Below, one piece after another: positions 12,789-26,529 of a stretch of 64,000 bases of DNA. Source of the stretch: Octopus sinensis (lineage: Eukaryota); NCBI RefSeq assembly GCF_006345805.1, contig NC_043005.1:24552001-24616000 (forward strand). The letters run 5' to 3'. A program made the translations under genes and the position numbers. Each line of letters opens with the position of its first letter. Positions within the stretch are counted from its first letter, which is position 1. The notes beneath the pieces were generated by a model. It had not been told where the DNA came from and ran no database searches. It worked only from the letters and a program-made list of their open reading frames with translations.

Positions 12789-13366
12789 ATTCATGAATAT
12801 ATAATAATGCTGTATGAGTATTTTTTTGTGTGTATGCATGTTTGTATACATTTTAAACTTGGCCAAAAATACACCTAATTTTCTTTCTATTTTGTGTAAA
12901 TTCTTCTGATCTGCAGGAAAACTGATTTTGAACTGTGCTGACGACGTCTAATAGACCGAAACTCACACATATCCTTTTCCTTTACCTGCAATAGAGATCA
13001 GACTGTCTTTTCCCTACCATGTAAATTACCGATGAATTTCCTTGAAATTATCTCCCTTCTCCTTGAGAGTCATAAAAAAAATACTAGATTTATATTTATT
13101 GTCTCCAACAAAGAAGAAACACTCTAAAAAGAATGAAAAATATATTGTGTATGGCATTCAGTATACAACCCTTTCACTTAATCCAGATTCATATCATCAC
13201 CCTCTTAAGTTATTTCTCTGTATATATTGGTATATGTATACGTGTATGTATGTACGTATGTATGTATGTATGTATGTATGTAGGCAGGTAGGTAGGTATG
13301 TATGTATGTACGTATGGTATGCGTGTATGTATTATGTATGTGTGTATTTTATGCTGTGTTGTCTAC

Positions 13367-13404
<38 letters not shown>

Positions 13405-14739
13405 AAGATATATATATAATGTATATATTTATATATATATATGTAATATATATATATATGCATATATTATATATATATATTTGTATGTGTGTACATGTAT
13501 AGTGTATGTATGCATATACACACACATGCACAAACACACAGACAAACATATAAATACACACATAATACATACAAGCCTTTATACATAGATCCGTAACACA
13601 TGCATGTTTATATATGTGTGCGTGTGTGTAAAGTGGGGATGGATGTGCTTATTCGTGTTTAAGATAAACAGACATTTCTTGCATTTTGTTGACAGTTATA
13701 ATATTATCAAATTTGTTTAAGCGAACAAACTTTTCCCCTATTTTCAAATCTATTGACAATCAAATACATTCTCATTTCGGCAAGAATAAAAAAAAATAAC
13801 ACCCATATACGTATTTTCCTTTAGATTTATTTAACTTAACTTCTTCGCAGAATTCTAGCAGCTCACTAACAAAATGGTGTCACTTCTTTGTGTCAAGATT
13901 GTTTCCAAGGATTTATGAGTGAGAGTTAAAGCGTGTATATATGTGGTTGCACGTGTATATGTAATAGCGTCGGAGACGCAATGGTCCAACGCTTAGGGCA
14001 GCAGACTCGTGGTCGTGGGATCGCGGTTTTGTTGTGAGTGTTTATTGAACGAAAACACCTAAAAGCTCCACGTCGATCCGGCAGGGTGTGGTGGCGAACC
14101 CTGCTGTATTATTCTACCACAACTTTCTCTCACTCATCCTGTTTCTGTTGTACCTGTATTTCAAAAGGCTAGCCTTGTCACACACTGTGTCACACTGAAT
14201 CTCCCCGAGAACTATGTTAAGGGCACACGTGTCTGTGTAGTTCTCAGCCACGTGCACGTTAATTTCACGAGCAGGCTGTTCCATTAGTCGGATCAACTGG
14301 AACCCTCGTCGTCGTTACCGACGGAATGCCACGATGTGTAATAGCACTTATGTAATGTCTCTTTAACACACACGTGTGTGTATGCATGTGTGTGTGGTTA
14401 CTTTTATGTGTGTACGTATGCATATACACAGACATGCACAAACACACAGACAAACATATAAATGTGTGGTTACTTTTATGTGTGTGTATGCATGTGTGTG
14501 TGTGTGGTTACTTTTATGTGTACGAATATGCACATATATTATTGTGTTGATCCAAATGGAAAATATTAACGATAGTTTTAAAAATCTTCCTTGTACCACC
14601 AATCAATTGGATTTAAAGAATGAGAGGCAGTTTTCTTATCTCTTTCATGAAAAATCCTTGCATTTTTAGGCATTTGTGCAAATTTGCTGTTGGATATATA
14701 TATATATGTTTATGTATATGAAATAACATGAGAACTGCG

Positions 14740-15330
14740 AGTTTTACCTTAATTTACAATAGTCATTCTTTTTCCATCACTTTAGACGAAACTTCTCATC
14801 CACCGGATGACTGATGTCTACAACGGTGCATGACTTCTGTTCCCAGTTTCCTAGAACAATATAAGGTCTGTTGTACTTGCATCGATTTGTTGCTTTTTCA
14901 GCGGTCAATTTTCCTTATTTTCAAAGTATGGACATATTCTGGTTTTGGAGTGATTTGTCTATGTCCTATGGACAATCCATTCGACAGATAGAATTGTAAA
15001 TAGTTTTGGCAGTAGGTGGTACCTTTCGGGTATTTTGATATTTTACTTGTATGGTACAATCACCACATTCTATAGTTTGAAGGTGGCCCTGTCTTTATTT
15101 TGCCAGGTATTTAGCATATATTTCTGCTCCGAGATATCAAACCCATGTGGAATGTGATGTATTTATCGCAGATTCAAAACATGCTCTTCCTGTCAATATT
15201 GGTATTCTCTATTTTGTGGGATCTGAGCCCTTAAATAACTTTCTGCTTCTTTGAAGACTTCTTCTCCCACAAATTTTTGTTAAGTCTAGCTACCTTTAGC
15301 TTATATAGAACAGCTGTATAGTGCCTCTCA
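14740..15330 (-). mobile_element. Non-LTR retrotransposon remnant with a restriction-like endonuclease (R4/Dong-like)
   Basis: Minus strand at about 14885-14780 reads NRCKYNRPYIVLGNWEQKSCTVVDISHPVD, a decayed NRPD..D PD-(D/E)xK motif. Boundaries are approximate. Confidence 0.55.
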
Positions 15331-16665
15331 AGATGTTACTTTTCACTGTTGCGTAGTTGTGATATACTCATTTGACCGTTTACAGGCGTTACTTAAAAGA
15401 TATGATGCGGTACTCAGAGGATGTCTGATCTGACCTTGTGACTCTACTTCAGTTCATCCGTCTAATATTGTCAGTATCACTGTTGAAGTGGAAATTACCA
15501 GTGCTGCTTAATACCTCCCTAATATTCTTTTCTGTTCTAGGCACAAGGTCTAAAGTTTCGGGGAAGGGGGCCAGTCGCTTACATTGACCCCAGTACGCAA
15601 CTGGTACTTAATTTATCGACCCTGAAAGGATGAAAAGCAAAGTCGAACACGGCGGATACCTCCCTAATATTGATGTACAAATTGTGGCTCTCTTCAAACG
15701 TCTAGCCTAGTATTCCAAATTGTGGTACTAGTTCTAATAATGTCAATGCATTCTGGGATATGAGCTTACTGAACGCAGATAGCGCTGGCCCTTTACATTT
15801 CGAAGTCTGCCACAGTATTCCTTTGTCACTCTATTTTTAATCACGGCACCAACATATCTACAGAGTTCTCAATTCCGCGATACTTGGAACATTCATCACG
15901 GGAGATAGTGTAGATAGACAGCCCGTTGATATTTTCATTCCTCGTTTGATCAACAACCCATCGACTGACTACCAAAAATATAAATTCTTATTCTAACTAA
16001 ACTCCATTCTTATGTCCTATGGGAATGTAATGCTCTTTAAGAGAGAATATTACCAGAATACAACTTCAGAACATCTATTAACCTTCCTCCTCTCTTGACA
16101 TTAACTTCCCTCCTCTCTGTAGATCCGAAGATGTAACATGGACATTTCCTCAGCAGAGCAAACAAGGCTTTCCTGTCAGATGGAACAGCGGTACAGTGGA
16201 GGCGCAATGGCCCAGTGGTTAGGGCAGTGGACTCGTGGTCGTAAGAACGCGATTTCGATTCCCAGACCAGACATTGTGAGTGTTTATTGAGCAAAAACAC
16301 TTAAGCTCCACGAGGCTCCGGCGGGGAGGGGTGGTGAAACCCGCTGTATTCTTTCACCACAACTTTCTCTCGCTCTTTTTTCCTACTTCTGCCACAAAGC
16401 AGAGGAACCATGGTGTAACCCACTATGGTGTGGTAAACTTTCAGACCCTAATCTAGATTGCGAATCCTCTGTACCCCAGGACGGTTCAGCTCTCCTCCCG
16501 TTAAAAGCCTCCGTTTACGTAATGATGATAACAATGTAGTTTTCGCGCCTGTGCAACGGCCAGTCTATCGCGTGTGGTGGGTGGATCTTCAAGTTGCCAC
16601 ACGTTTTCTTAATAGACTCGAATTAGAGATTATTCTTTGTGGCTAATGGCGTGAGTTCTGATTGG

Positions 16666-16895
16666 AAGAAGAAGAAGAATAAAGAAGAAGAAGAAGAAGA
16701 AGAAGAAGAAGAAGAAGAGAAGAAGAAGAAGAAGAAGAAGAAGAAGAACGAAGAAGAGAAGAAGAAGAAGAGAAGAAGAAGAAGAAGAAGAAGAAGAAGA
16801 AGAAGAAGAAGAAGAAGAAGAAGAAGAAGAAGAAGAAGAAGAAGAAGAAGAAGAAGAAGAAGAAGAAGAAGAAGAAGAAGAAGAAGAAGAAGAAG
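16666..16895. repeat. (GAA)n microsatellite
   Basis: About 230 bp of mostly uninterrupted GAA. Confidence 0.98.
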
Positions 16896-17760
16896 GCAGT
16901 ACAGACAAGCTATCACTCTTGAGAATCCCGGTTGATTATCTAATTCTGTGTGTGACTGTATAAGTTGCTTCGGTTCTTATTGGCAGTTGTGTAGATCATG
17001 TTGTAGTCAGCATTTTATAACAGCATCATATAAAGCAGATGGACCCTTGGCAAAGCGGAATAACCCAAGTATCCTCTATGGAGGCAAAGTCAAGTAAATA
17101 CATAAAAAGTTTGACTAACTTATCGGTAGTCTTCGGCGATGCAGCTTCACTTCCAAAATACCCAGCTTTGCTGATTGTTTAACGAAATTCCATACTTCTT
17201 CTCTTTACTCTCTCCTCATCATTCACAACACTTAATCTCATTCATTATTCACTCTGCTTCTAAAGATAATATCAAGTTGTGCAGTGATATTATGTACTCT
17301 GTCGAGGACTTGGGTGGATTTTTGTGAGAAAGCGAGAGAAAGCGAGAGAAAGTAAGAGAGAGAGATGATCCATTTAGGCTGTGGTGTGTTATCATTTCAA
17401 TCGATCTCAGTTGCTCCCAACTGTTGACTAAAGTTAATTGTAAAACTGTTAGTGTAGGACATATCAATGGCAAGAAACTTGGAAATTCATTCCGTGGCAG
17501 TTGTTCTCTAGCAACTTGATCGATCACTGATAACTTCAGGTCAATGTCAATAGGTTTTCTGTCGACTCATGAGGCAATGATGTTTTTTATTTTATTTTAG
17601 TTCCTTCTTAATGTAAATATGAAGTTCCCCTACAATCTTGCATCTAGCTGTATATCAAGCTTTTTGTAATAGCCAGCTATTTTATATGTCATAGGCGGCT
17701 TCTGCGTGCGATGGCGACAGTCCTACAAGAGATATTGTAATCTTGTTTTTGCTTTGGTAG
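16896..17760 (-). mobile_element. Possible highly decayed RLE-type LINE 3' part abutting a (TTC)n array
   Basis: Only a weak FLAIDMSY fragment plus the position directly against the microsatellite support this call. Confidence 0.3.
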
Positions 17761-18023
17761 TGATTACATTTCAGCAAAAATAATATTAATAAAAATAATT
17801 AAAAAGTGGGTAAAAAAATTTATTGGGCTGCTGATTCAGCTTTATACTGTGTTATTTCTTTGTTTCGTTTTTCTTTTGAAGGTAAATTTTCTAGATAATG
17901 CTTTATATTTCTTCTCAACAATCTGTACGTATAGATACGTATACAGGCATGTATAATATGGTTGTGTGTTCGTAAATATATAAGTACGTGTGTGTGTGAT
18001 ATATATATATATATATATATATA

Positions 18024-18064
<41 letters not shown>

Positions 18065-18074
18065 TAGATAATAG

Positions 18075-18145
<71 letters not shown>

Positions 18146-18183
18146 AAGATAGATAATGTATGTATGTATGTATATATATACAT

Positions 18184-18217
<34 letters not shown>

Positions 18218-18269
18218 TATACATATATATATATCCATATATATATATACATACAATATATATATATAT

Positions 18270-18311
<42 letters not shown>

Positions 18312-18383
18312 TACTATATTATACATATACATATATATACATATACATATATTATATATATATATATATACTATAGATATAGA

Positions 18384-18432
<49 letters not shown>

Positions 18433-18443
18433 CCACACACCCA

Positions 18444-18680
18444 CAGGGTGTTCAAAAATCTCTCCGCGTGGAATTTTTTTATCCTCGCGTCACCATGGCG
18501 CTACTTCAATAGTTTTTCGGTGAACGGATTATTATTTCAGAGGGACTTTGGCACCAAGAAGATTACCTGATTTAACACCGCCAGACTTTTTCTTTCTGGG
18601 TGTTAAGTAAAAGATCAGTGTACAAGAATCACCCGGAAACCATTAAATATTTACTGCGGAGAGACTTTTTAAACACCCAG
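18444..18680 (+). mobile_element. Short Tc1/mariner derivative of the same family as 10006-10432
   Basis: TIRs cagggtgttcaaaaatctctccgc / gcggagagactttttaaacaccc, with an internal DLTPPDF-like coding remnant. Confidence 0.7.
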
Positions 18681-18689
18681 TCTGTGTAT

Positions 18690-18736
<47 letters not shown>

Positions 18737-19349
18737 TGTGAATGTATAGATCGATAGATGACTATTGAAAGGTTTGAACATTGATAGTGTCTGTATGAAT
18801 GAATGTGTGTACGTACGTATGGGCATGTGTGTGTTTGTGCGCGTGTGGCTCTTAAATTTTGTATCAGGGTATGTATGCTTATGCACATCACACACATACA
18901 TTCATGTCCAAATTCATAAGCGCGCAAATGTCCTTCATGCAAGGTAACTTTACATCACAAAAAAAGACCCAGTGACAGATATACAGAAAGACACGCAAAT
19001 AAACAAACATAGACACACACAATCACGCTCACACAGAGTCATACACACACACACACATACACACACACACACGCGCGCGCGCGATATACACACACGCACA
19101 CAAACACAAACACACATTACATTGACGAAAACAAGAACTGTCGAAAGCTGAAGAACAATGTGACTATGAGCGCGCGTGCGTCTGTATATATATATATATA
19201 TATATATAAAGAGAGAGAGAGAGAAAGAAAAGAGAGATATTTTATTTAAAAGCAGAAATATCACAAAAACTGTTACTCAGGAGTTTCACCTTCCCGTTCG
19301 TCGGACACTTTAGTTAGAAACATCTGACAGGGATAACGTGAAACTTTGA

Positions 19350-19367
19350 GTAATTATATATATATAC

Positions 19368-19419
<52 letters not shown>

Positions 19420-19431
19420 CACATGTATATA

Positions 19432-19487
<56 letters not shown>

Positions 19488-19507
19488 TTATATTATATAT
19501 ATAACAC

Positions 19508-19560
<53 letters not shown>

Positions 19561-19579
19561 CACATATATATATCATATA

Positions 19580-19623
<44 letters not shown>

Positions 19624-19804
19624 TATACATATAATATATACATATATATATATATAATATATATATATATATATAACACATATATATTACATTATATTAT
19701 ATATATATATACACATATATATATACATATATATTATATATATACACATATATATATAAATCATATACTATCTTATATATATATATATATATCCACATAT
19801 TATA

Positions 19805-19835
<31 letters not shown>

Positions 19836-19837
19836 CC

Positions 19838-19886
<49 letters not shown>

Positions 19887-19956
19887 ATATATACATCTAT
19901 ATATATATATATATATTAGTATATATACACATATATATATACATATATATCTATAT

Positions 19957-20043
<87 letters not shown>
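19350..20043. repeat. Very long interrupted (TA)n array
   Basis: About 700 bp. Similar arrays lie at about 9745-10005, 13360-13480, 17995-18430, 24515-24625 and 37670-38300. Confidence 0.98.
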
Positions 20044-20046
<3 letters not shown>

Positions 20047-20400
20047 AATTTGTATCGTAAATGCAGAACAACATTTCAAAGAGATACGATATTATATAAA
20101 GTTCGCCAACCTGACAGAAAGTTCGATTTTTTCAAAGTATTGACAATCAGTGAGTTCCCACTTTAATACCAAAAAATTTAGATTTTTTTTTTGTAAATAT
20201 TACAACATATATGAAAGTGTGTGTGCACATGCATGTAAATATGTATATGTAAGTGGGTATATGCATATAAATATATATATACATGCATACACACATATAT
20301 GCGTGAGTGTGCGTATATGTATGTATGTATATATATGTATAATACAATAATGTATACATGTATATTTGTCTTTATATGTACGTGTGTAACACACATATGC

Positions 20401-20453
<53 letters not shown>

Positions 20454-20949
20454 ATATATACATACATAGTATACATACACACACATACACACACTTACAC
20501 ACCCTCACGCACGCACACACTCGCGCACACATTGACTACATGTACAGGTGTGTATCTGTGTATGTATGAGTATTAACAATAAAAAAAGATAAAGATAAAA
20601 AATATTTCTTTCAAAGACATTACAATATATATCTATATCTACAATATATGTATATATATATATATATATATATAAGCCATACATACATACATACATACAT
20701 ACATACATACATACATACATACATACATACATACATACATACATACATACGTACATACATAGAATATACACTTCTATGTTTCATACTTTAATTACACACA
20801 GTCGGTAACCCAGTTAATGTATATATATAGAGATGTGTGTCTGTGTGCGTGTACATATATATATAATATATATATACCGGAGTAAACACATAAATGTGAA
20901 ACAAGGTGGAAAAAAGAGTACTCAAATACCAGTGGTAGAGTAATATGCT

Positions 20950-21054
20950 TTATTTTAAGCAGCAGAAAATTCAACAAAATCTGTTACGTCTGATGAACGG
21001 CAACGAGAAACTCAGAGTAACAGATTTTGTTGAATTTTCTGCTGCTTAAAATAA
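20950..21054. repeat. Perfect 38-bp inverted repeat whose 29-nt loop holds a hammerhead core
   Basis: ttattttaagc...ctgttac (20950-20987) pairs with gtaacag...aaaataa (21017-21054). The loop is gtCTGATGAacggcaacgaGAAActcaga. Confidence 0.9.
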
Positions 21055-21151
21055 TAAGATAATAATATAATATATATATATATACGTAGTGATATGTGTG
21101 CTACTCACTGATACTCGTACACACATACACATGAGATATTTTGCTCTTAAA

Positions 21152-21198
<47 letters not shown>

Positions 21199-22015
21199 TT
21201 TATAATTATTTCACAATATTTTTCCGAAACCCACCCGTTTCCCTTTAGTACATTTCTTTTTTATTCACAATTCTTCTTCGCTTCTGTTTGTTATATGAAA
21301 TATTTTACTCTTCATTTTTATTATCGCTTGAAATAATCATCGAGTTTTTTGCTTTCTTTGTTTTGTTTTTTTTCTATCATTTAAATATTTTTTTCTATTT
21401 TCTCTATCGTTTGTATTTTTAACATTTGCTATTATTCTTTTTTCTCTCTTGTTGGCAACTGGAGCAATGCTGGTGACATCATAAGTAAGGCATCAGGCTG
21501 AAATCTTTATAAACTTATTGAAAGGACATTTCTTAGTTACACCATCTACGGGAAATACAATATTTATGCTTCCTGCACTGCTCAGTACAAGTGTGTTAGT
21601 TGACTGAAAATACATTTGAAGTAAGGAGACATTGATAAACTGTCAGTGAATATTGCTAATCAAATCTGATCAAGGAGAAAGAACGACAACTCTGCAATTT
21701 TAACTAATTATAATTAGACAATATATATTTTATGCACAACACAGCAAAAATAAGAAGTAAAATAATTTTTACCAGATTAATAGCTTAACTTATGATTGCT
21801 ACATGAAGCTAATCAGAATTGTCTGCTGTTGATTGGTGAAAGAGATTTGCTTCTCTGAGGAACAATCAACAACTCGTAAAACAGTCTGTTAAATGACTGC
21901 CACCCTAGATTTATTCCACCTGCCGCCTAAATACAGCGTCGGTAACTTTTCAATCTTTGTTTAACTATATCAGTTAGCGGCCGATTTTCGCTTACAATGC
22001 GGTGCCTATGTGTAC

Positions 22016-22060
22016 TTGTTACTGACGAAGTTCAAAGAAACAGAAATACGTATTTAGCAA
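22016..22060 (+). ncRNA. Type I hammerhead ribozyme candidate in apparently unique sequence
   Basis: UUGUUA-CUGACGA-aGUUcaaagaAACa-GAAA-UACGUA-UU-UAGCAA. Stem I is 6 bp, stem III AUACGUAU is palindromic and the triplet is AUU. Stem II is weak, with A.A at its base. Confidence 0.45.
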
Positions 22061-22316
22061 TGCTACCACCGCTACTGGGCGACTTTCGTCAGCTTCTGGT
22101 ATATTTCTGTGTTTTTAACACTATTTTTCAGTGAGATGTGTTTCCTTGATACCACACGGTCATGTCTGTATTAATGTATGTGTATGTGCTTGTGTGTATG
22201 TATATACACACACATGTGCGTATATATATATATACATACATATATACACAATTATATATACGCATACAAATATATATATATATATGTATGTATATATATA
22301 TATATATTATATATAA

Positions 22317-22352
<36 letters not shown>

Positions 22353-23225
22353 TTGTGTGTGTGTGTATCTTGTGAGAGTCATAATGTCCATAATAAACAC
22401 ACGCACTAGATCTAATTCACTTTTATTATTCTTAACCAACTAGTTAACTCGGTAACCAATTAACAAATCGAATGTTTGATTGATTAATTATTCAGTCAAT
22501 CAATAAGTTATGTAGGTTCGTCAATGATCTTTCGCCGCTATTTGTTTGTCGCATCAACGACATGCACTCTCTATTTTATAAAATAGAGCTGTCCGGTGGT
22601 CAGTTTGATCTTGTAACAGCAGGGCAATTGATTAGTTAAATGGCTACATGGTTAACTGTTTGACTAATCATGAGAAGTAAAATATATTACAACCAATTCA
22701 TGTGTTTATTCTTTTCCACACTAGGCACAAGGCCCTAAATTATGGGGGAGGGGGCCAGTCGATTAGATCGACCCCAGTACGCAACTGGTACTTAATTTAT
22801 CGACCCCGAAAGGATGAAAGGCAGACGAAATAACGCTAAGCAATTCGCCCGGCGTGCTAACTCTTCTGCCAGCTCGCTGCCTTAAATATTCTTTTCTTCT
22901 CTAGGCACATAGGCCGAAATTTTGGGGGAGGGGGTCAGTCGATTAGATCTACCCTAGTACGCAACTGGTGCTTAATTTATCGATCCCAAAAGGATAAAAG
23001 TCAAAGCCGACCTCGGCGGAATTTGAACTCAGAACATAAGGACAGGCGAAATACCTATTTCTTTACTAGCTAGCAAGGGTGGCCATCTTAGCAACTGAGG
23101 GCATGTCTGAAAGGGCGACTATGAACAGCAGTGGCTCCAAGACAGTGCCCTGTGGAATACCGCTTGTTATTTGTGTTTCTTTGGAGGTGGCTCCATTGGC
23201 CACAACTGCCTGCCTTCTATCTTTG

Positions 23226-23256
<31 letters not shown>

Positions 23257-24522
23257 ATATATATATATTATAACAATAATTAAGGGTTTAGCAACAAGTT
23301 GCTTCACCACATACCGAAAATTTAGAAATAGCAGCCAAAAGACCGCTATTTTTTTATTTCTACAAAATATGACTCCACAGATAACAATATTTGTAACTCA
23401 CATAGGTTAAAAAGAAGAAAAATAATTAAATCAAACAGTCTTCGATTAATTATGGACGCGCTTCTGGATTAGAATTATAAAAATTCATTTCCTTTGTTAA
23501 CATAATATTTCGAGAATTATAAACTTGAAAATGCCAGAAAAACTTACCCTTTGCATTTCCGACCAAGCGCCATCGGAACATAACACAAGGTAGTCAGCAT
23601 ATTCAAACTTATATAGACGAGTGAATTCGTATTTCCCTCCCAAATTACCATGTGCGTGCGTCACAAGATAGGACCGCAGAAAAACATCCGCAGATTTGTT
23701 ACCAGGGAGTGAAATAAGCATTACAGATATAGGGTAAGGAATTATTAATTTAATAGATTAATTTTACCAAATATTTTCGGTATGGAAAAGAACCATATTC
23801 GGTAAAAAAAAAACTTATACAAAAAGAAACGTTAGCACGCCGGGCGAAATACTTAACGGTATTTCATCTGCCGTTACGTTCTGAGTTCAAATTCCGCCGA
23901 GGTCGACTTTGCCTTTCATCCTTTCGGGGTCGATAAATTAAGCACCAGTTACGCACTGGGGTCGATGTAATCGACTTAATCCGTTTGTCTGTCCTTGTTT
24001 GTCCCCTCTGTGTTTAGCCCCTTGTGGGTAGTAAAGAAATAAGAAACTTTAGCACGCCAGGCGAAGTGCTTAGCGGTATTTCGTCTGTCTTTACGCTCTG
24101 AGTTCAAATTCCACCGGAATTTATATACAATCATAAATATTTTGGGATGAAAAAAGTTTTTAAAAATATATAAACATAATTATCTGTGCTGTATAAAGTG
24201 GACAACTATGCCAAAAGGCGGTATTCATATTTATTCAATCCATTTCAAATTGTCGAAACTCTCCAAAATGTACACAGGTGCGTTCACATATCAAAATTTA
24301 TAAACATAATTATCTGTGGTGCATAAAGTGGACAACTATGCCATTTACTTCTTCATTATATATATATATATATATATATATATGAAGAAGAAAATGGCAT
24401 AGTTGTCCACTTTATACACCACAGATAATTATATATATATATTAGCGCTCTAATAGAGCTTCAGGAATATAAAATTGAGAAGAGAGAAACAAATTTCAAA
24501 AGTCGGTATTCATCTTATATAT

Positions 24523-24610
<88 letters not shown>

Positions 24611-25391
24611 TATATATATATATATAAAAGAAGAGAGAAACAATTTTCAAAGGTCGGTATTCATATTCATTCATCAACATTTCAAATTATCGGAATTCTC
24701 CTCAGATATACGAAGATTTGTAAATATATAGACATATGTAAACGTATAAACATATAAATATAAATACATAGAAGTATTTGCGATGTTGAATGTCCTCATA
24801 GGAATCAATGGGGAGGGTAGATGAGTAAGTTAATATAAACTGGTTTAAGTGGAATCCTATTACAGTACACTCATTCATGATTCCTCTCAAACCATTTTAT
24901 ATTTATTTTCTCATCTATCCTCCTCATTGATTCTTATAAGGACATGCAACCTCGCAAGGACATCTATGCATTTATATTTATATGATTATATGTTTATAAA
25001 TTTTTATACGTGAACGCACCAGTGTACATTGTGGAGAGTTTCGACAATTTGAAATGGACTGATTAAATTGTCCCTTTCGTTTTATTTTCTCATATATTCT
25101 CTCCTTGTTTCTTTTCTGTGTATCTTTCTGGAAGAGCGTAGGCTCGAAACGTAAAAGTCTTGTTTTATTTCTATTCCAGAGCGCCATACTAATACAATTG
25201 TTTGTTTGTACTCCACCTGCCTTCGTCTTTTGTTTATTTTCGTAAACCTTCCCGTTATATATATATATATATCCATACTAGGATAATTCATTCAACTACT
25301 TATATATATATATATATACTTACATATCTTATATATATATATATATTATATATATATATATATATATAATATATATATATATATACTATAT

Positions 25392-25425
<34 letters not shown>

Positions 25426-26436
25426 CTTTCTAATATATATGTATATACACACACTTACGGCAAATAAGAATGGAGAGGATACAAAAACGGCATACGTCAG
25501 TCGGTAGACATTCTAGTATGTCTATTTATTCCAAAGTATTTGAAAGTATTAGAATACACACACATGTACTGATATTACAGAAAAGATCAAAAGATCAGAT
25601 TGACAGTAGATCTAGTCCCTTACGGCTGTTTCTACCAAGAGGTAATGAAATCCTCCATGACATCTCCATCTCCTCAGTGTTCTGCAGGGATGGGCAGATA
25701 AAGTTTGGATGATGAATGTGCCTCTAGGGTAAAACAACATTTTACCCCCACCAATATAAAACACTCAATTGCGAGATTGCCACGCAATAACCAGCACTTG
25801 GGTATGGATAATTGGGCACACAACCAGTAGTAAACTATCCCTTAGTTGGTTGGTTTCCCCACAACCGCTAACTCACACAGAAATATATATATATATATAT
25901 ATACTCTTTACTCTTTTACTTGCTGCAGTCATTTGACTGTGGCCATGCTGGAGCACCGCTTTTAGTCGAGCAAATCGACCCCAGAACTTATCCTTTGTAA
26001 GCCTAGTACTTATTCTCTCGGTCTCTTTTGCCGAACCGCTAAGTTACGGGGGCGTAAACACACCAGCATCGGTTGTCAAGCGATGTCGGAGAGACAAACA
26101 CTGACACAAACATACACACACACACATATATATATATACATATATACGACGAGCTTCTTTCAGTTTCCATCTACCAAATCCACTCACAAGGCTTTGGTCG
26201 GCCCGATGTATAGTGGAAGACACTTGCCAAGGTACCACGCATTGGGACTGAACCCGGAACCATGTGGTTGGTAATTTTCCTATTTTCTCTCCCTGTTTAT
26301 TTTTGTGTTCCTTTCTGTCGAAGAGCGTAGGCTCGAAATATAAAAGACTTTCTCATTTCCCGAGCGTTAAACTAATACATCCGTTTGTTGTTTACATAAC
26401 CGTCTTCGTCTTGTTTTTGTTTTTGTAAATTCTCGC

Positions 26437-26529
<93 letters not shown>

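Noticed and set aside
16623-16935. Poly-E/K/R, poly-L/F and poly-S ORFs
   Set aside because: They are the frames of a (GAA)n microsatellite.
24670-24710. Minus-strand CTGAGGA-stem-GAAA
   Set aside because: There is no valid NUH or stem I, and homologous copies at about 24250 and 25030 lack the core.
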